Positions 1 through 9,504 of a stretch of DNA of 64,000 nucleotides are shown here, in pieces (positions within the stretch are counted from its first letter, which is position 1; each line of letters starts with the position of its first letter). The stretch comes from Flavobacteriales bacterium (GTDB taxonomy: Bacteria > Bacteroidota > Bacteroidia > Flavobacteriales_F > PHOS-HE28). Under the pieces are notes generated by a model. That model did no database searches and was not told the DNA's origin. It worked only from the letters and a program-made list of their open reading frames with translations. Location: contig JBIQIX010000001.1 of assembly GCA_044507815.1 (NCBI GenBank), forward strand, positions 40,676-104,675, read 5' to 3'. Both the position numbers and the translations under genes were made by a program.

Positions 1-4
1 CGGA

Positions 5-1303
5 TTGACTTTCGGCCACGGCCCGGTGCCGGACGAGCAGGTGCTCAGGCTATTGCTGGGTTGCATGGCACTGATCTGGGTAGTGGTTTCGCTGTTGGGC
101 GCTTTCCAACCCGTGGAGCGCAGGTTGGGCGGCGCCGAGGTGGTCCGCGACCTGGCCTACGCCTTGGTCATGGCGATCTTCGGTACCCTGGCCGTTAGTT
201 ACATGGTGGACATACAGGGAGCGCCGCCCCGGCTGTTCACCTGGCACTTCGTCATATTCGGGTTCATGGTCACAGCGGCACGCCTGATCATTTGGATGTC
301 CATCCGAACTTACCGTTCCGCGGGATTCAACTTCAAACGCATTGCCATTGTGGGCAACAACGAGGTCAGCCGCAAGTTCATCAGTGAGGTGCAAGCACAC
401 CCGCATTATGGCTACAAGGTCATGGGAATTTTCCATGCCCACGAGGCCCGGCGCGGTGAGGATACCCTGCCGCTGGAGCAGTTCGATGAGTTCGTGGCCG
501 GCAATAATGTCGACCAAGTGTACTTCGCCCTGGACCGCATGGATGACAAGGCCTTGGGAATGATCCGGTTCTGCAGCATGCGCAACGTGCGGGTACTCAT
601 GATCGACCCGCTGCTGGCAGAGCTGAACGGCACCGGCTTCCGGACCTACGTGGACGACAGCGGGTACATCGCCTTGCTGGCGATCAACCCCGTGAAGTAC
701 AGGAATTTCCTGGGCCGCATGGCCAAGCGCGCATTTGACCTGGTGTTCAGCATTTTTGTTGTTGTATTCATTCTCAGTTGGCTGTTCCCGGTCCTGGCGG
801 TGTTGATCAAGCTTGGTTCACCCGGCCCTGTGCTGTTCATCCAGCAGCGCACCGGGCTGGTGAACAAGCCTTTCGGCTGCATGAAATTCCGCACCATGCG
901 CCAAAACAAGGATTCGGACCGGGTGCAGGCCAGGACCAATGATCCGCGCATAACACCCTTGGGCCGTTTCCTGCGGAAGACGAACCTGGATGAAATGCCC
1001 CAGTTCATCAATGTGCTGTTGGGGCAAATGAGCGTTGTTGGGCCCCGGCCGCACATGTTGGCACACACCGAGGAATACAGCCAGCTCATAGGAACCTACA
1101 TGGAGCGGTTGTGGCTGAAACCTGGCATCACCGGTTTGGCACAGGCCAAGGGCCTGCGGGGCGAAACACGGGAGCTGCAAATGATGAAGGACCGCGTGGA
1201 TGCGGACCGGTACTACATCCAGCATTGGTCGCTGTGGCTTGATATCTACGTCATCATGCTCACCGTGTGGAACATGGTAACCCTGAAAAAGCAAGGAGCG
1301 TGA
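5..1303 (+). CDS. wcaJ: Undecaprenyl-phosphate sugar phosphotransferase (WcaJ/CpsE family), probably 5'-truncated by the window edge
   Basis: N-terminal TM helices; C-terminal Bac_transf motifs KRAFDL, KFRTM, DPRIT..GRFLRKTNLDEMPQFINVL.GQMSVVGPRP, KPGITGLAQ. Confidence 0.9.
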   Translation: MTFGHGPVPDEQVLRLLLGCMALIWVVVSLLGAFQPVERRLGGAEVVRDLAYALVMAIFGTLAVSYMVDIQGAPPRLFTWHFVIFGFMVTAARLIIWMSIRTYRSAGFNFKRIAIVGNNEVSRKFISEVQAHPHYGYKVMGIFHAHEARRGEDTLPLEQFDEFVAGNNVDQVYFALDRMDDKALGMIRFCSMRNVRVLMIDPLLAELNGTGFRTYVDDSGYIALLAINPVKYRNFLGRMAKRAFDLVFSIFVVVFILSWLFPVLAVLIKLGSPGPVLFIQQRTGLVNKPFGCMKFRTMRQNKDSDRVQARTNDPRITPLGRFLRKTNLDEMPQFINVLLGQMSVVGPRPHMLAHTEEYSQLIGTYMERLWLKPGITGLAQAKGLRGETRELQMMKDRVDADRYYIQHWSLWLDIYVIMLTVWNMVTLKKQGA

Positions 1304-2661
1304 AGCTGCGCAAATTGCTCCGGAAGCTGCCTGTGAAAAAAGGCCAGCGTGAACTGGTGGGCGGTGGGGCGGTGGCCTTTTTGTACCGCATCATCGGCCT
1401 GGTCTTCACCTATGGGCTCATGCTGGTGATCGCCAGGCGGTTCGGCCCCGAGGGCAACGGTTATTTCAACCTGTTCACCGCCTGGATGGCGGTGCTTGGC
1501 GTGTTGGCCACCATGGGCCTGAGCAGTTCCAACGTGCGCTCAGTGGCCGAGTACAGTGCAAAGGGTGAGTGGGGCCGGCTGCGGCCACTGCACAATGGCG
1601 TGCTGCGCACGGTGTTGCCTTTTGCGGCCATGCTGTCGGTGCTGCTTTTGGCATGGCGGCTGGCCGTGCTGCATGACTGGGCCGGCGATGGGGGCATTCC
1701 TCCGTCCGTTATGCTGGCCATGGCGCTGGTGCTGCCCTTCAGCGCATTGCAGTTGGTGAACGTGGAGTTCATCCGGGGCACGAAACGCGTGGCCGTTTCC
1801 GAATTGCTGAGATCGCCGGCGGTGCTGGGCCTCACCTTGCTGGGTGTGGCGCTGGCAAGCGGCGGGCCTTTCATTCCCGTGGTGGTGAATGCCGTGGTGA
1901 TCGCGGGCTGTGCGGTACTTAGCTTCTACTTGGTGCGCCGCTACGTGCGCCAGATCGAGCGCAGCAACAACGCCAAGCGCCTGCCCATAAACATGCGTGA
2001 GCACCTGGCGCTGGCCTTGCCCATGATCATTACGGCGCTGTCCAGTAGCCTCAACGGCAGGCTGGATACGATCATGCTTGCCTGGTACCGCCCTTCGGAC
2101 ATCATTGGCATTTATGGTACGGCGGTGAAGATCTCCATCGGGATTGAATTTGTGATCGGGGCCATAAAGACCATAGCCATGCCGCAGATCGCCGGCATGT
2201 ACCATTCGGGCCAACACGATCAGCTGAGGGAAACCCTGAACTATGCTGCCAAATTGGTGTTCTGGACCACGGCCCCCGTATCCGTGCTGCTGATCATTTT
2301 CGCCAAGCCGATCATGGGTTTTGTAGGCCCGGAATTCACCGAAGGGGCCACGGTACTGCGGATCATGACCATTGCGCATTTCATTTCGGCCAGTTCAGGC
2401 ATGGTCGGTGCCTTCCTCAACATGACCGGTGGCCAGGTGGCCTTCAGCCGCATCGTGGTGGTTTCAGTGATCATCAACCTGATCCTGAATTTTGCCCTTA
2501 TACCGCCCTACGGCATGCTGGGCGCGGCGGTGGCAGCGGGGGTCACCCTCAGCCTTTGGAATATTGCAGGCGCGGTGTACATCTACCGCAAGCACGGCAT
2601 CAACATGTATTATGTTCCGGGCTTGAACTACAAGGCCAGGCATGGACGGACCAAACCCTGA
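1300..2661 (+). CDS. Wzx-type polysaccharide flippase
   Basis: Many TM helices; RLDTIMLAWY..IGIYGTAVKI and LIPPYGMLGAAVA motifs; GTG start overlaps upstream TGA (GTGA). Confidence 0.88.
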   Translation: MKLRKLLRKLPVKKGQRELVGGGAVAFLYRIIGLVFTYGLMLVIARRFGPEGNGYFNLFTAWMAVLGVLATMGLSSSNVRSVAEYSAKGEWGRLRPLHNGVLRTVLPFAAMLSVLLLAWRLAVLHDWAGDGGIPPSVMLAMALVLPFSALQLVNVEFIRGTKRVAVSELLRSPAVLGLTLLGVALASGGPFIPVVVNAVVIAGCAVLSFYLVRRYVRQIERSNNAKRLPINMREHLALALPMIITALSSSLNGRLDTIMLAWYRPSDIIGIYGTAVKISIGIEFVIGAIKTIAMPQIAGMYHSGQHDQLRETLNYAAKLVFWTTAPVSVLLIIFAKPIMGFVGPEFTEGATVLRIMTIAHFISASSGMVGAFLNMTGGQVAFSRIVVVSVIINLILNFALIPPYGMLGAAVAAGVTLSLWNIAGAVYIYRKHGINMYYVPGLNYKARHGRTKP

Positions 2662-2671
2662 TACCGCGCGA

Positions 2672-3562
2672 ATGCCGCGCATCTTCGTAGTGGGCGCCGC
2701 GAAAAGCGGCACCACCACCTTGGCCCATCAATTTGCGCGGCATCCGCAGGTATACCTGCCCATGGCCAAAAAGGAACCGCACTTCTTTTCCTTCGGGCGT
2801 GAAAAACCGGAATACACCGACAAGGCCTTTGTGCGCACGTTGGTTTGGCGCGAACGCGCGTACACCGCGCTGTATCGTGGGGCAGGGGAGGGCGTGCATG
2901 CGGCGGATTGCTCCACCTCCTACCTGTACAGGCATTCGGTTGCCATCCCCCATTTGCTGGCCACCTACGGAAAGGCTGCGGCAGGGCTCAGTATTTCCGC
3001 CGTACTGCGCGATCCGGTGGAAAGGGCCTACAGCCATTGGTTGTACCTGGTGCGCAACGGCCATGAGGACCTTGCTTTCGAGGAGGCCATAGCCCCAAGC
3101 ACCGTGGAGCGGCGCATGCGCCAACGCTGGGGCTTCGACTACCTCGGCTATGGATGCTATGCCGGGGCGGTGGGTGCTTTCCAAGCTGCGTTCCCCCAAT
3201 TCAAAGTGTATTTGTTCGAGGACCTGAAAGACCTGCAGGGCACATTCGATGACATGTGCGACAGGGCCGGCCTGCAACGGTTTCCCGTGGAGGAGGTGCG
3301 TTCCAATCCGGGAGGTATACCGAAGAGCAAATGGCTCGTGCGGCAGATCCGCCGGAATCCCATCGCCCGCTCGCTATCGCATGTGCTGCCCACCGGGTGG
3401 CGAAATAAGGTGCGGGCCCAGAGGGACCGCATGCTCAAGCAGGCGCTGGAGCGGCCACCGATGCCCGAGGCGGCGCGCCTTCAGTTGAATGCATATTATC
3501 GCGACGATGTACAGCGCTTGGCCAACCTGATCGGCCGCGACCTGGGTAATTGGTGCAAATAG
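2672..3562 (+). CDS. PAPS-dependent sulfotransferase
   Basis: 5'-PSB loop VGAAKSGTTTL, KEPHFF, 3'-PB motif LRDPVERAYSHW. Confidence 0.88.
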   Translation: MPRIFVVGAAKSGTTTLAHQFARHPQVYLPMAKKEPHFFSFGREKPEYTDKAFVRTLVWRERAYTALYRGAGEGVHAADCSTSYLYRHSVAIPHLLATYGKAAAGLSISAVLRDPVERAYSHWLYLVRNGHEDLAFEEAIAPSTVERRMRQRWGFDYLGYGCYAGAVGAFQAAFPQFKVYLFEDLKDLQGTFDDMCDRAGLQRFPVEEVRSNPGGIPKSKWLVRQIRRNPIARSLSHVLPTGWRNKVRAQRDRMLKQALERPPMPEAARLQLNAYYRDDVQRLANLIGRDLGNWCK

Positions 3563-3563
3563 C

Positions 3564-4475
3564 ATGGGGCCGGAATTGCCAAAATGCCTTTTCGTGGGTA
3601 CGGCCAAAGCCGGGACCACAACGCTGGAGCATGCCTTGCGCGCCCACCCACAGGTGGCGATACCGCGGAAGGAGACATTCTTCTTCGACCATGAATGCAT
3701 GGGCGGGGGACGATTGCCCTACCCCATGCAACGCGACCCTTCCACCGTTGTAACATCGGCCGGGGCATACAAGGAACTGTACGCCGGTCATGGCCGCCCC
3801 ATGCCGGTTGAGATCGGTACCGGATACCTTTATCATCACCGGACCGCCGTACCCGGGATCAAGCAGTTGTTGGGGCCCGGGGTACGGATCGGCATGGTGC
3901 TCCGCGACCCGGTGGAACGCGCATGGTCCTCGTACATGCACTTCGTGAAGGATACCCACGAACAATTGAGCTTCCGGGAATCACTGGCACAGGAACAGCA
4001 GCGCAGGGATGAGGGCTGGGATTTCATGTGGCATCATGTTGCCATGGGCATGTACGCACGTCAAGTGGCGGCCTACATCGAGGCCTTTCCCGATGTGGGC
4101 ATTTTCTTTTTCGAGGATCTAAGGGACAATGGCCCGGCTTTCATGCAGCAGGTTTTCCGGTTCCTGGGCCTGGAGCCGATCAGTGCACCGCGGGTGGCCG
4201 CCAAGAACCCATCGGGAGTGCCGAAATACCGTGCGTTGCAGCGGTTGATCACCACCGACAATGCCGTAAAGCGGCTCATCCGGCCGGTGGTACGGGCAAT
4301 GCTGCCGGAGCACAAGCGCAGCAAGGCCCGGAAGTTCCTGAAGGAGAAGAACCTGGCCAGAGGCGCCGCCATGGCGCCTGCTGACCGGTTGTGGCTGCGC
4401 GATACCTATGCCAAGGATGTGAGCGACCTTTCGGGGCTGCTGGGGCAGGACCTTTACGCGAAATGGCGCTGGTAG
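3564..4475 (+). CDS. PAPS-dependent sulfotransferase
   Basis: VGTAKAGTTTL, KETFFF, LRDPVERAWSSY. Confidence 0.88.
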   Translation: MGPELPKCLFVGTAKAGTTTLEHALRAHPQVAIPRKETFFFDHECMGGGRLPYPMQRDPSTVVTSAGAYKELYAGHGRPMPVEIGTGYLYHHRTAVPGIKQLLGPGVRIGMVLRDPVERAWSSYMHFVKDTHEQLSFRESLAQEQQRRDEGWDFMWHHVAMGMYARQVAAYIEAFPDVGIFFFEDLRDNGPAFMQQVFRFLGLEPISAPRVAAKNPSGVPKYRALQRLITTDNAVKRLIRPVVRAMLPEHKRSKARKFLKEKNLARGAAMAPADRLWLRDTYAKDVSDLSGLLGQDLYAKWRW

Positions 4476-5818
4476 AACGGGCGAACACGGACCTACGGGG
4501 GCGGCCATGGCCTTTCCGCCATCGCGGCAGGGCGGTGTGGTTGCTCGCCATCATGGTGACCGTCATCTGGCGGATGCTCACCATTAGCCACATGAGCCTG
4601 GTGGTGGGCGCATTGGAGCTTGTCGGGGTGGTGCTGGCGATGCTATGGGTCGCTTGGCGCTTGGTGCAACGCTGGCTCCAGGATGATTGGGCCTTGAACG
4701 GCCCCGATGCCTTTGTGCTGCTGTTGTGCCTGCTGCCGATCACATCCGCCTTCGGTGCCAAAAGCGAATTCGGCCAACCGTTTGTGTGGGGTGTATTGGC
4801 CTTCAAGGATTATTACCTGCTGTTGGGGCTGCTGCCCATTTTCCACTGGCTGCGCAAGGGTTGGATCGGTGTGGCAGAGCTGGAAAAAGCCATGCTGCTC
4901 ATGGCCTGGGCATGCCTGGCGTATTTCTACTTCGCCACCCTGTTCATCAATCCGGCCCCATACCAGGACACCCCGTTGGCGGGTGCCAATGAGGTGAAGG
5001 GCGGCGGGGTCTACTACCGATTCAACATGGCCGCCATCTATTTCGGGGCCATTTTTTACACCGCCAAGGCGTTCAAGACATTGCGCTGGGTCAACTTGGC
5101 CTATGCCCTGCTGTTCGCCGGTTATGTGATCATCTTCCGCATGGACCGAACTTCCATGGCCGTTACGGCCGTGGGCATGCTGGGCGTGGTATTGTTCCAT
5201 GTGCCCTGGGCGCGGTTGGCCAAAGTGCTGCTGGCCGTTTTAGTGCCGGTGGCCCTGGCCGCATTGCTCGTTTTGCTTTTTGCCCCTTCCAAGGTGGAGC
5301 AATACAAGCACATGTTCCTGGATGCAGTTGAAACCGTAATGGGCCAGGATTCAGGGGCAACCCCGGTATCGGTGCGTACTTCCGAGGTGGCCATTGCCAA
5401 GCGGCAGGTTGAAAAGCACCCATGGCTGGGCAATGGGCGGATCAGCCGCACCTGGCAGGACCTTGGCTACGAGAAGTGGCTCGGCTTCTTCTACCCGGCC
5501 GATGTGGGCATGCTTGGCCTGGTGTTCATTTACGGCTATCCCGGCATGCTGGTGTTATACGCGGTGTACCTGTTGGCCGGATGGTACATGTTGCGGGTAC
5601 GGGGGCGCAGGGACGATGTTTTCTTCATCAGCTGCCAAATGCTGGCCCTCGCCCTTTTCCTGGATTCGCTGACCAATGGCCAATTGACCCAAATGCCCGG
5701 GCAAGGGCTGCTGTTGATGTTATTGATGCACTGGTATGCATCGCGCCAAGCGAATGCGCGCAAGGCCATGCCTGTGGCCTTGGATCCCCGGCCCGTGCTG
5801 ACCACCTATCGCAGATAA
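4463..5818 (+). CDS. Wzy polymerase / O-antigen ligase-like membrane protein
   Basis: About 11-12 hydrophobic segments, large loop with HPWLGNG, position in the polysaccharide operon. Confidence 0.65.
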   Translation: MALVERANTDLRGRPWPFRHRGRAVWLLAIMVTVIWRMLTISHMSLVVGALELVGVVLAMLWVAWRLVQRWLQDDWALNGPDAFVLLLCLLPITSAFGAKSEFGQPFVWGVLAFKDYYLLLGLLPIFHWLRKGWIGVAELEKAMLLMAWACLAYFYFATLFINPAPYQDTPLAGANEVKGGGVYYRFNMAAIYFGAIFYTAKAFKTLRWVNLAYALLFAGYVIIFRMDRTSMAVTAVGMLGVVLFHVPWARLAKVLLAVLVPVALAALLVLLFAPSKVEQYKHMFLDAVETVMGQDSGATPVSVRTSEVAIAKRQVEKHPWLGNGRISRTWQDLGYEKWLGFFYPADVGMLGLVFIYGYPGMLVLYAVYLLAGWYMLRVRGRRDDVFFISCQMLALALFLDSLTNGQLTQMPGQGLLLMLLMHWYASRQANARKAMPVALDPRPVLTTYRR

Positions 5819-6546
5819 AGCCAGAAAAACCGCCGGGCCACGTTCGTGGCCCGGTACATGGGCATGGCCAGGGCAGGCGTGCGGATGTGGTCCCAGCTGG
5901 CCGGGAACGTGTAGCCGAACTCCCGCATATAGGGCCCGAAAATGTATTTGGCATGCCGCTTCGCCCGGTCGGTAGTGAACATTTCGGTGTAGTGCCCGCG
6001 GCTTTCCTTGGCGGTGCTGTTGCCCACGGGCAGCGGCCTCACCTGTTCAATGCCCAGTGATCGCAACGCCTCCGCAAAGTCTTCCTGCAGATGCTCGTAA
6101 CGGATCACCTTGTCGAAGCGCTTATGGTCCAGGATCGCCCAGCTAGCGTACGGCACACGGTGGTTGCGCAGGAACCATTCCGTAAAGTCCAGGTTGCGCC
6201 CCACGATCTCCTTGTGGCTGCGCCGGTTCCACCAGTACATCAGATGCTTGCGCAGGAAGCCGTGCTTGATCTTGTGGGCACTGGCGTTGCTGTACCGCCC
6301 TTCGTGATCGCTGCGCACCTTGAAGTAGGTGCTCACGGTGATGTCCATCGGATCGCGAAGGCCCGATATCACGCGGTAGGTGCGTTGGTCCTTGTTGGCC
6401 GCTTTCAGGAAATCGGTGCGGTACAGGGCATGCTTGAAACAGAATTCCCGGGCACCGTACTGCTCCACCAGCTCGCGCGAAATTGCGGTGCTGGCCGTTT
6501 GCGGAAGATTCACGAAAACGAACCGGTGCCGGTCACTGATCACCAT
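5806..6546 (-). CDS. Sulfotransferase family 2-like protein
   Basis: MVISDRHRFVFVNLPQTASTAI start typical of Sulfotransfer_2; RDPMDITVSTY; IRYEHLQEDF. Confidence 0.75.
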   Translation of the reverse strand: MVISDRHRFVFVNLPQTASTAISRELVEQYGAREFCFKHALYRTDFLKAANKDQRTYRVISGLRDPMDITVSTYFKVRSDHEGRYSNASAHKIKHGFLRKHLMYWWNRRSHKEIVGRNLDFTEWFLRNHRVPYASWAILDHKRFDKVIRYEHLQEDFAEALRSLGIEQVRPLPVGNSTAKESRGHYTEMFTTDRAKRHAKYIFGPYMREFGYTFPASWDHIRTPALAMPMYRATNVARRFFWLYLR

Positions 6547-6694
6547 GCCAGAACAATTGCGAGTGGCAAAGAAAGAGGACAAGGCGGATCCGGTGCTTGT
6601 AACCACAATTTTATCTCCGTCTGGCGGTGAACGGTGCTTTGTCCCAATTTTGCAAACCCAGCATCAAAGGGCCAAGTGCCCTTACCCGCCCACC

Positions 6695-7690
6695 ATGCAA
6701 TTGCAGCGACCGGAACCGGCCCCAGGCACATTTTGCCCGCAGTTCCTTGTTGTGGGTGTGGTGAAAGGCGGGACCACCGCGCTGTACAACCTGCTGGCCC
6801 GGCATCCGGCCATCTATTTGCCGCCCATCAAGGAAACGCACTTCTTCGCACGGGCCGATATGCACCCCCAGGATTTTGCACGGGAATACAAGCTCGATGT
6901 GGAGCGCGATCTGGACCGGTACATCAAGGACGGCATGAAGGAAGTGGTGCATAGTGCCCACGTGGTGGACCCCGTTCATTACCGCGCTCTTTTTGCCCAG
7001 GCGTCGCAGGGCCAGGTAACCGGTGAGGTTTGTCCATCCTATGCCTGCTCCCCGTCCGCTGCGGCCGCCATACGCCAAAGTGGGCCCAACGCACACATTT
7101 TCTTCGTGTTGCGCGACCCGGTAAAAAGGGCATGGAGCCAGTACCTCATGAACCTGCGGGAGGGCAAGACCACGGAGCAGGATTTTCTGGTAGAGGTCCG
7201 GCGTGATGCAGAACGATCGCGAACAGGTTGGGGCGTGAATCATCAATACCTGGCCCTTGGCATGTACAGCGCCCAGGTGGAGCGTTTCATGCAGCTCTTC
7301 CCCAAGCACCAGGTGCATGTGCTGCTGCACGAGCAATTCAAGGCATCGCCCGCCGATGTGCTGCGCCAAGTGCTGGTCCCGCTGGGCCTGGAGCTGCCGG
7401 CGAGCCTTGACATCGGCGGCAAGTTCAACGAGGCCGCATTGCCGCGCAACGCCACGATCAATCGGCTATTGGTGCGCTCCGGCGCGTTGGCCAAGGTCAA
7501 GGCATTGGTGCCGCGGAAGTTCCGCTCGGGTTTCAAACAGATTTTGTACTCTGGCCGTTCATTGCCGGAACTGCCCGCCGCCCAGGCCGAGGAATTGTGG
7601 AAGTATTATGCCAGCGACGTGGATGCCCTGTCCGCCATGATCGGCATGAACCTGCGGCAATGGTGGGGGCCAAAACAAGATCGCGCATGA
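6695..7690 (+). CDS. PAPS-dependent sulfotransferase
   Basis: VGVVKGGTTAL, KETHFF, LRDPVKRAWSQY. Confidence 0.88.
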   Translation: MQLQRPEPAPGTFCPQFLVVGVVKGGTTALYNLLARHPAIYLPPIKETHFFARADMHPQDFAREYKLDVERDLDRYIKDGMKEVVHSAHVVDPVHYRALFAQASQGQVTGEVCPSYACSPSAAAAIRQSGPNAHIFFVLRDPVKRAWSQYLMNLREGKTTEQDFLVEVRRDAERSRTGWGVNHQYLALGMYSAQVERFMQLFPKHQVHVLLHEQFKASPADVLRQVLVPLGLELPASLDIGGKFNEAALPRNATINRLLVRSGALAKVKALVPRKFRSGFKQILYSGRSLPELPAAQAEELWKYYASDVDALSAMIGMNLRQWWGPKQDRA

Positions 7691-8697
7691 AACACATTTT
7701 CATCGTGGGCAATTCGCGCAGCGGCACTACCATGATGTTGCGGGTGATGAACAATCATTCGCAGGTGCATGGCATCAATGAACCCCACTTCTATGGCACT
7801 TACTGGGCGCCAGCGGATGATGGGCGGCCAGTGGACCGGCAGGCCGCCGAAAAGCTGTTGGAACGCCTGTTGACCCGGCAGCGCGACGGCTTTTTTGCGG
7901 AGGTGGTGGCCGGTAAATACGGGGACGATGCGCGCGCCATTGCTTCACGCCTGCCCCAGCAGGCCGACCGCAAGGATGTTTATGCCGCGTTCATGGCCCA
8001 CGAAACACAGCGGGCCGGCAAGTCGGTCGTTTGCGAAAAAACCCCGCAGAACATCTTCTATATCGCCGAGTTGAAGCGCCATTTTCCAGGGTGCAAGGTG
8101 GTGGTGATGTACCGCGATCCCCGTGCGGTCCTGTTCTCCCAAAAGCGCAAATGGATGCGTAAGGAACTGGGCATGGCCGGCATGCCGGACCGCGAGGTGC
8201 GCAGGCTGCGGATGAACTATCACCCGTACACCATCTCGCGCCTTTGGAATGCCAGTTTTGATGCGGCCAAAGCGTACCGCAATGATGCCGATGTGGTGCA
8301 CGTACGCTTTGAGGACCTTACCGCGCGGCCCGGGGAGACCATGCGCGATCTGTGCCATGCCGTGGGGTTGGAGTATGAGCCGGCCATGTTGCTTGTGCCC
8401 CACGCCGGAAGCTCGAATGCCATGGATGACCTGGACAAGAAAGGTATCCGCACCGACCGGGGTGAAAGTTGGAAACAGGGTTTGTTCCCGGCCGAGGTGG
8501 CCATTTGCCAGCGCACCAGCGGAAGCAGGATGGCGCATGTGGAATATGAGCTGGTGCCGACGCGGGCATCCGCCACCCAGATCCTGGCCCAATGGATGAC
8601 CTTCCCATTCAAACTGACAGGCGCTTTCCTGCTCAACCTGCACCGCATGCGCAACCTGGCACACACCGTGGGCCGGCGCTTGAAGCCCGCCACATGA
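7687..8697 (+). CDS. Sulfotransferase (Sulfotransfer_3-like)
   Basis: IFIVGNSRSGTTMM, EKTPQN, RDPRAVLFS, RFEDL; ATGA overlap. Confidence 0.88.
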   Translation: MKHIFIVGNSRSGTTMMLRVMNNHSQVHGINEPHFYGTYWAPADDGRPVDRQAAEKLLERLLTRQRDGFFAEVVAGKYGDDARAIASRLPQQADRKDVYAAFMAHETQRAGKSVVCEKTPQNIFYIAELKRHFPGCKVVVMYRDPRAVLFSQKRKWMRKELGMAGMPDREVRRLRMNYHPYTISRLWNASFDAAKAYRNDADVVHVRFEDLTARPGETMRDLCHAVGLEYEPAMLLVPHAGSSNAMDDLDKKGIRTDRGESWKQGLFPAEVAICQRTSGSRMAHVEYELVPTRASATQILAQWMTFPFKLTGAFLLNLHRMRNLAHTVGRRLKPAT

Positions 8698-9470
8698 AAC
8701 GTGTACTGCTGTTCGGCCTGCCATTCGTGGCAGCCCCAGACCATGGGCAGGTGGTGAAGGAAGTATTGTCCTGGGACCCCGCAGCCCCCATGGCGGGCAA
8801 ACTGCCGTTGCTGAGCACGCCCAACGTGGACCAGGTGGTGAAACTGCACCGGCAAGAGAATGCAACATTGCTGTCCCGTGTCGCCGATGCGGCCTATGTG
8901 CTGCCCGATGGGCAGCCTTTGGTATGGGTAAGCCGCTGGAAGAAACATGCCCGGTTGCCCGCAAGGCTCGCGGGCAGCGACCTTTTTCCCGCGCTGTGGA
9001 AGGAATTGGCGGCAGGTGCCCGCCCTGTTTTCATGGTGTTGCCCAATGAGGAGGTGGCCGCGGTGCTTCACGCGCAGAACCCCGCAATGCGCCATATCGT
9101 CCCTCCTTTTTATGGCCATGCCGATCTCGCGGCACGCGACCGGCTGGCTGATTCGATCACGGCGGAATTGCTGCGTTTCCCGGTTCCACTGGTGTTCATG
9201 GGCCTGGGTTTTCCCAAGCAGGAATGGCTCGCTTTGGAAGTGATCAAGCGCCTTGGGGAACACCGGGCCCCGATGCCGCTTTTTCTGCTCCTGGGCGCAT
9301 CTTTCGAGTTCCACACCGGCATGAAAAAGCGCGCACCGGTGTTCTGGCAAAAGCTGGGCCTGGAGTTCATGCACCGTTTCCTTTCGGAGCCAACCCGCAT
9401 GTTCAGGCGCTATTTCGTGGAGGACCTCGCATTCTTCAGGCTCGCCCTGCGGGAAATGCGGGCACGTTAA
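8694..9470 (+). CDS. WecB/TagA/CpsF family glycosyltransferase (GT26)
   Basis: TPNVDQ, PDGQPLVW, RLAGSDL, GLGFPKQE, KRAP..Q.LGLEF.HR...EP.R..RRY. Confidence 0.9.
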   Translation: MKRVLLFGLPFVAAPDHGQVVKEVLSWDPAAPMAGKLPLLSTPNVDQVVKLHRQENATLLSRVADAAYVLPDGQPLVWVSRWKKHARLPARLAGSDLFPALWKELAAGARPVFMVLPNEEVAAVLHAQNPAMRHIVPPFYGHADLAARDRLADSITAELLRFPVPLVFMGLGFPKQEWLALEVIKRLGEHRAPMPLFLLLGASFEFHTGMKKRAPVFWQKLGLEFMHRFLSEPTRMFRRYFVEDLAFFRLALREMRAR

Positions 9471-9487
9471 GCCCTGGCCGGCCCGGT

Positions 9488-9495
9488 TATCTTTG
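9488..9495 (+). promoter_or_regulatory. Bacteroidota sigma70 -7 box (TATCTTTG) upstream of deoC
   Basis: Exact TAnnTTTG match ending 9 nt before the ATG. Confidence 0.6.
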
Positions 9496-9504
9496 GCAGG
9501 CATC

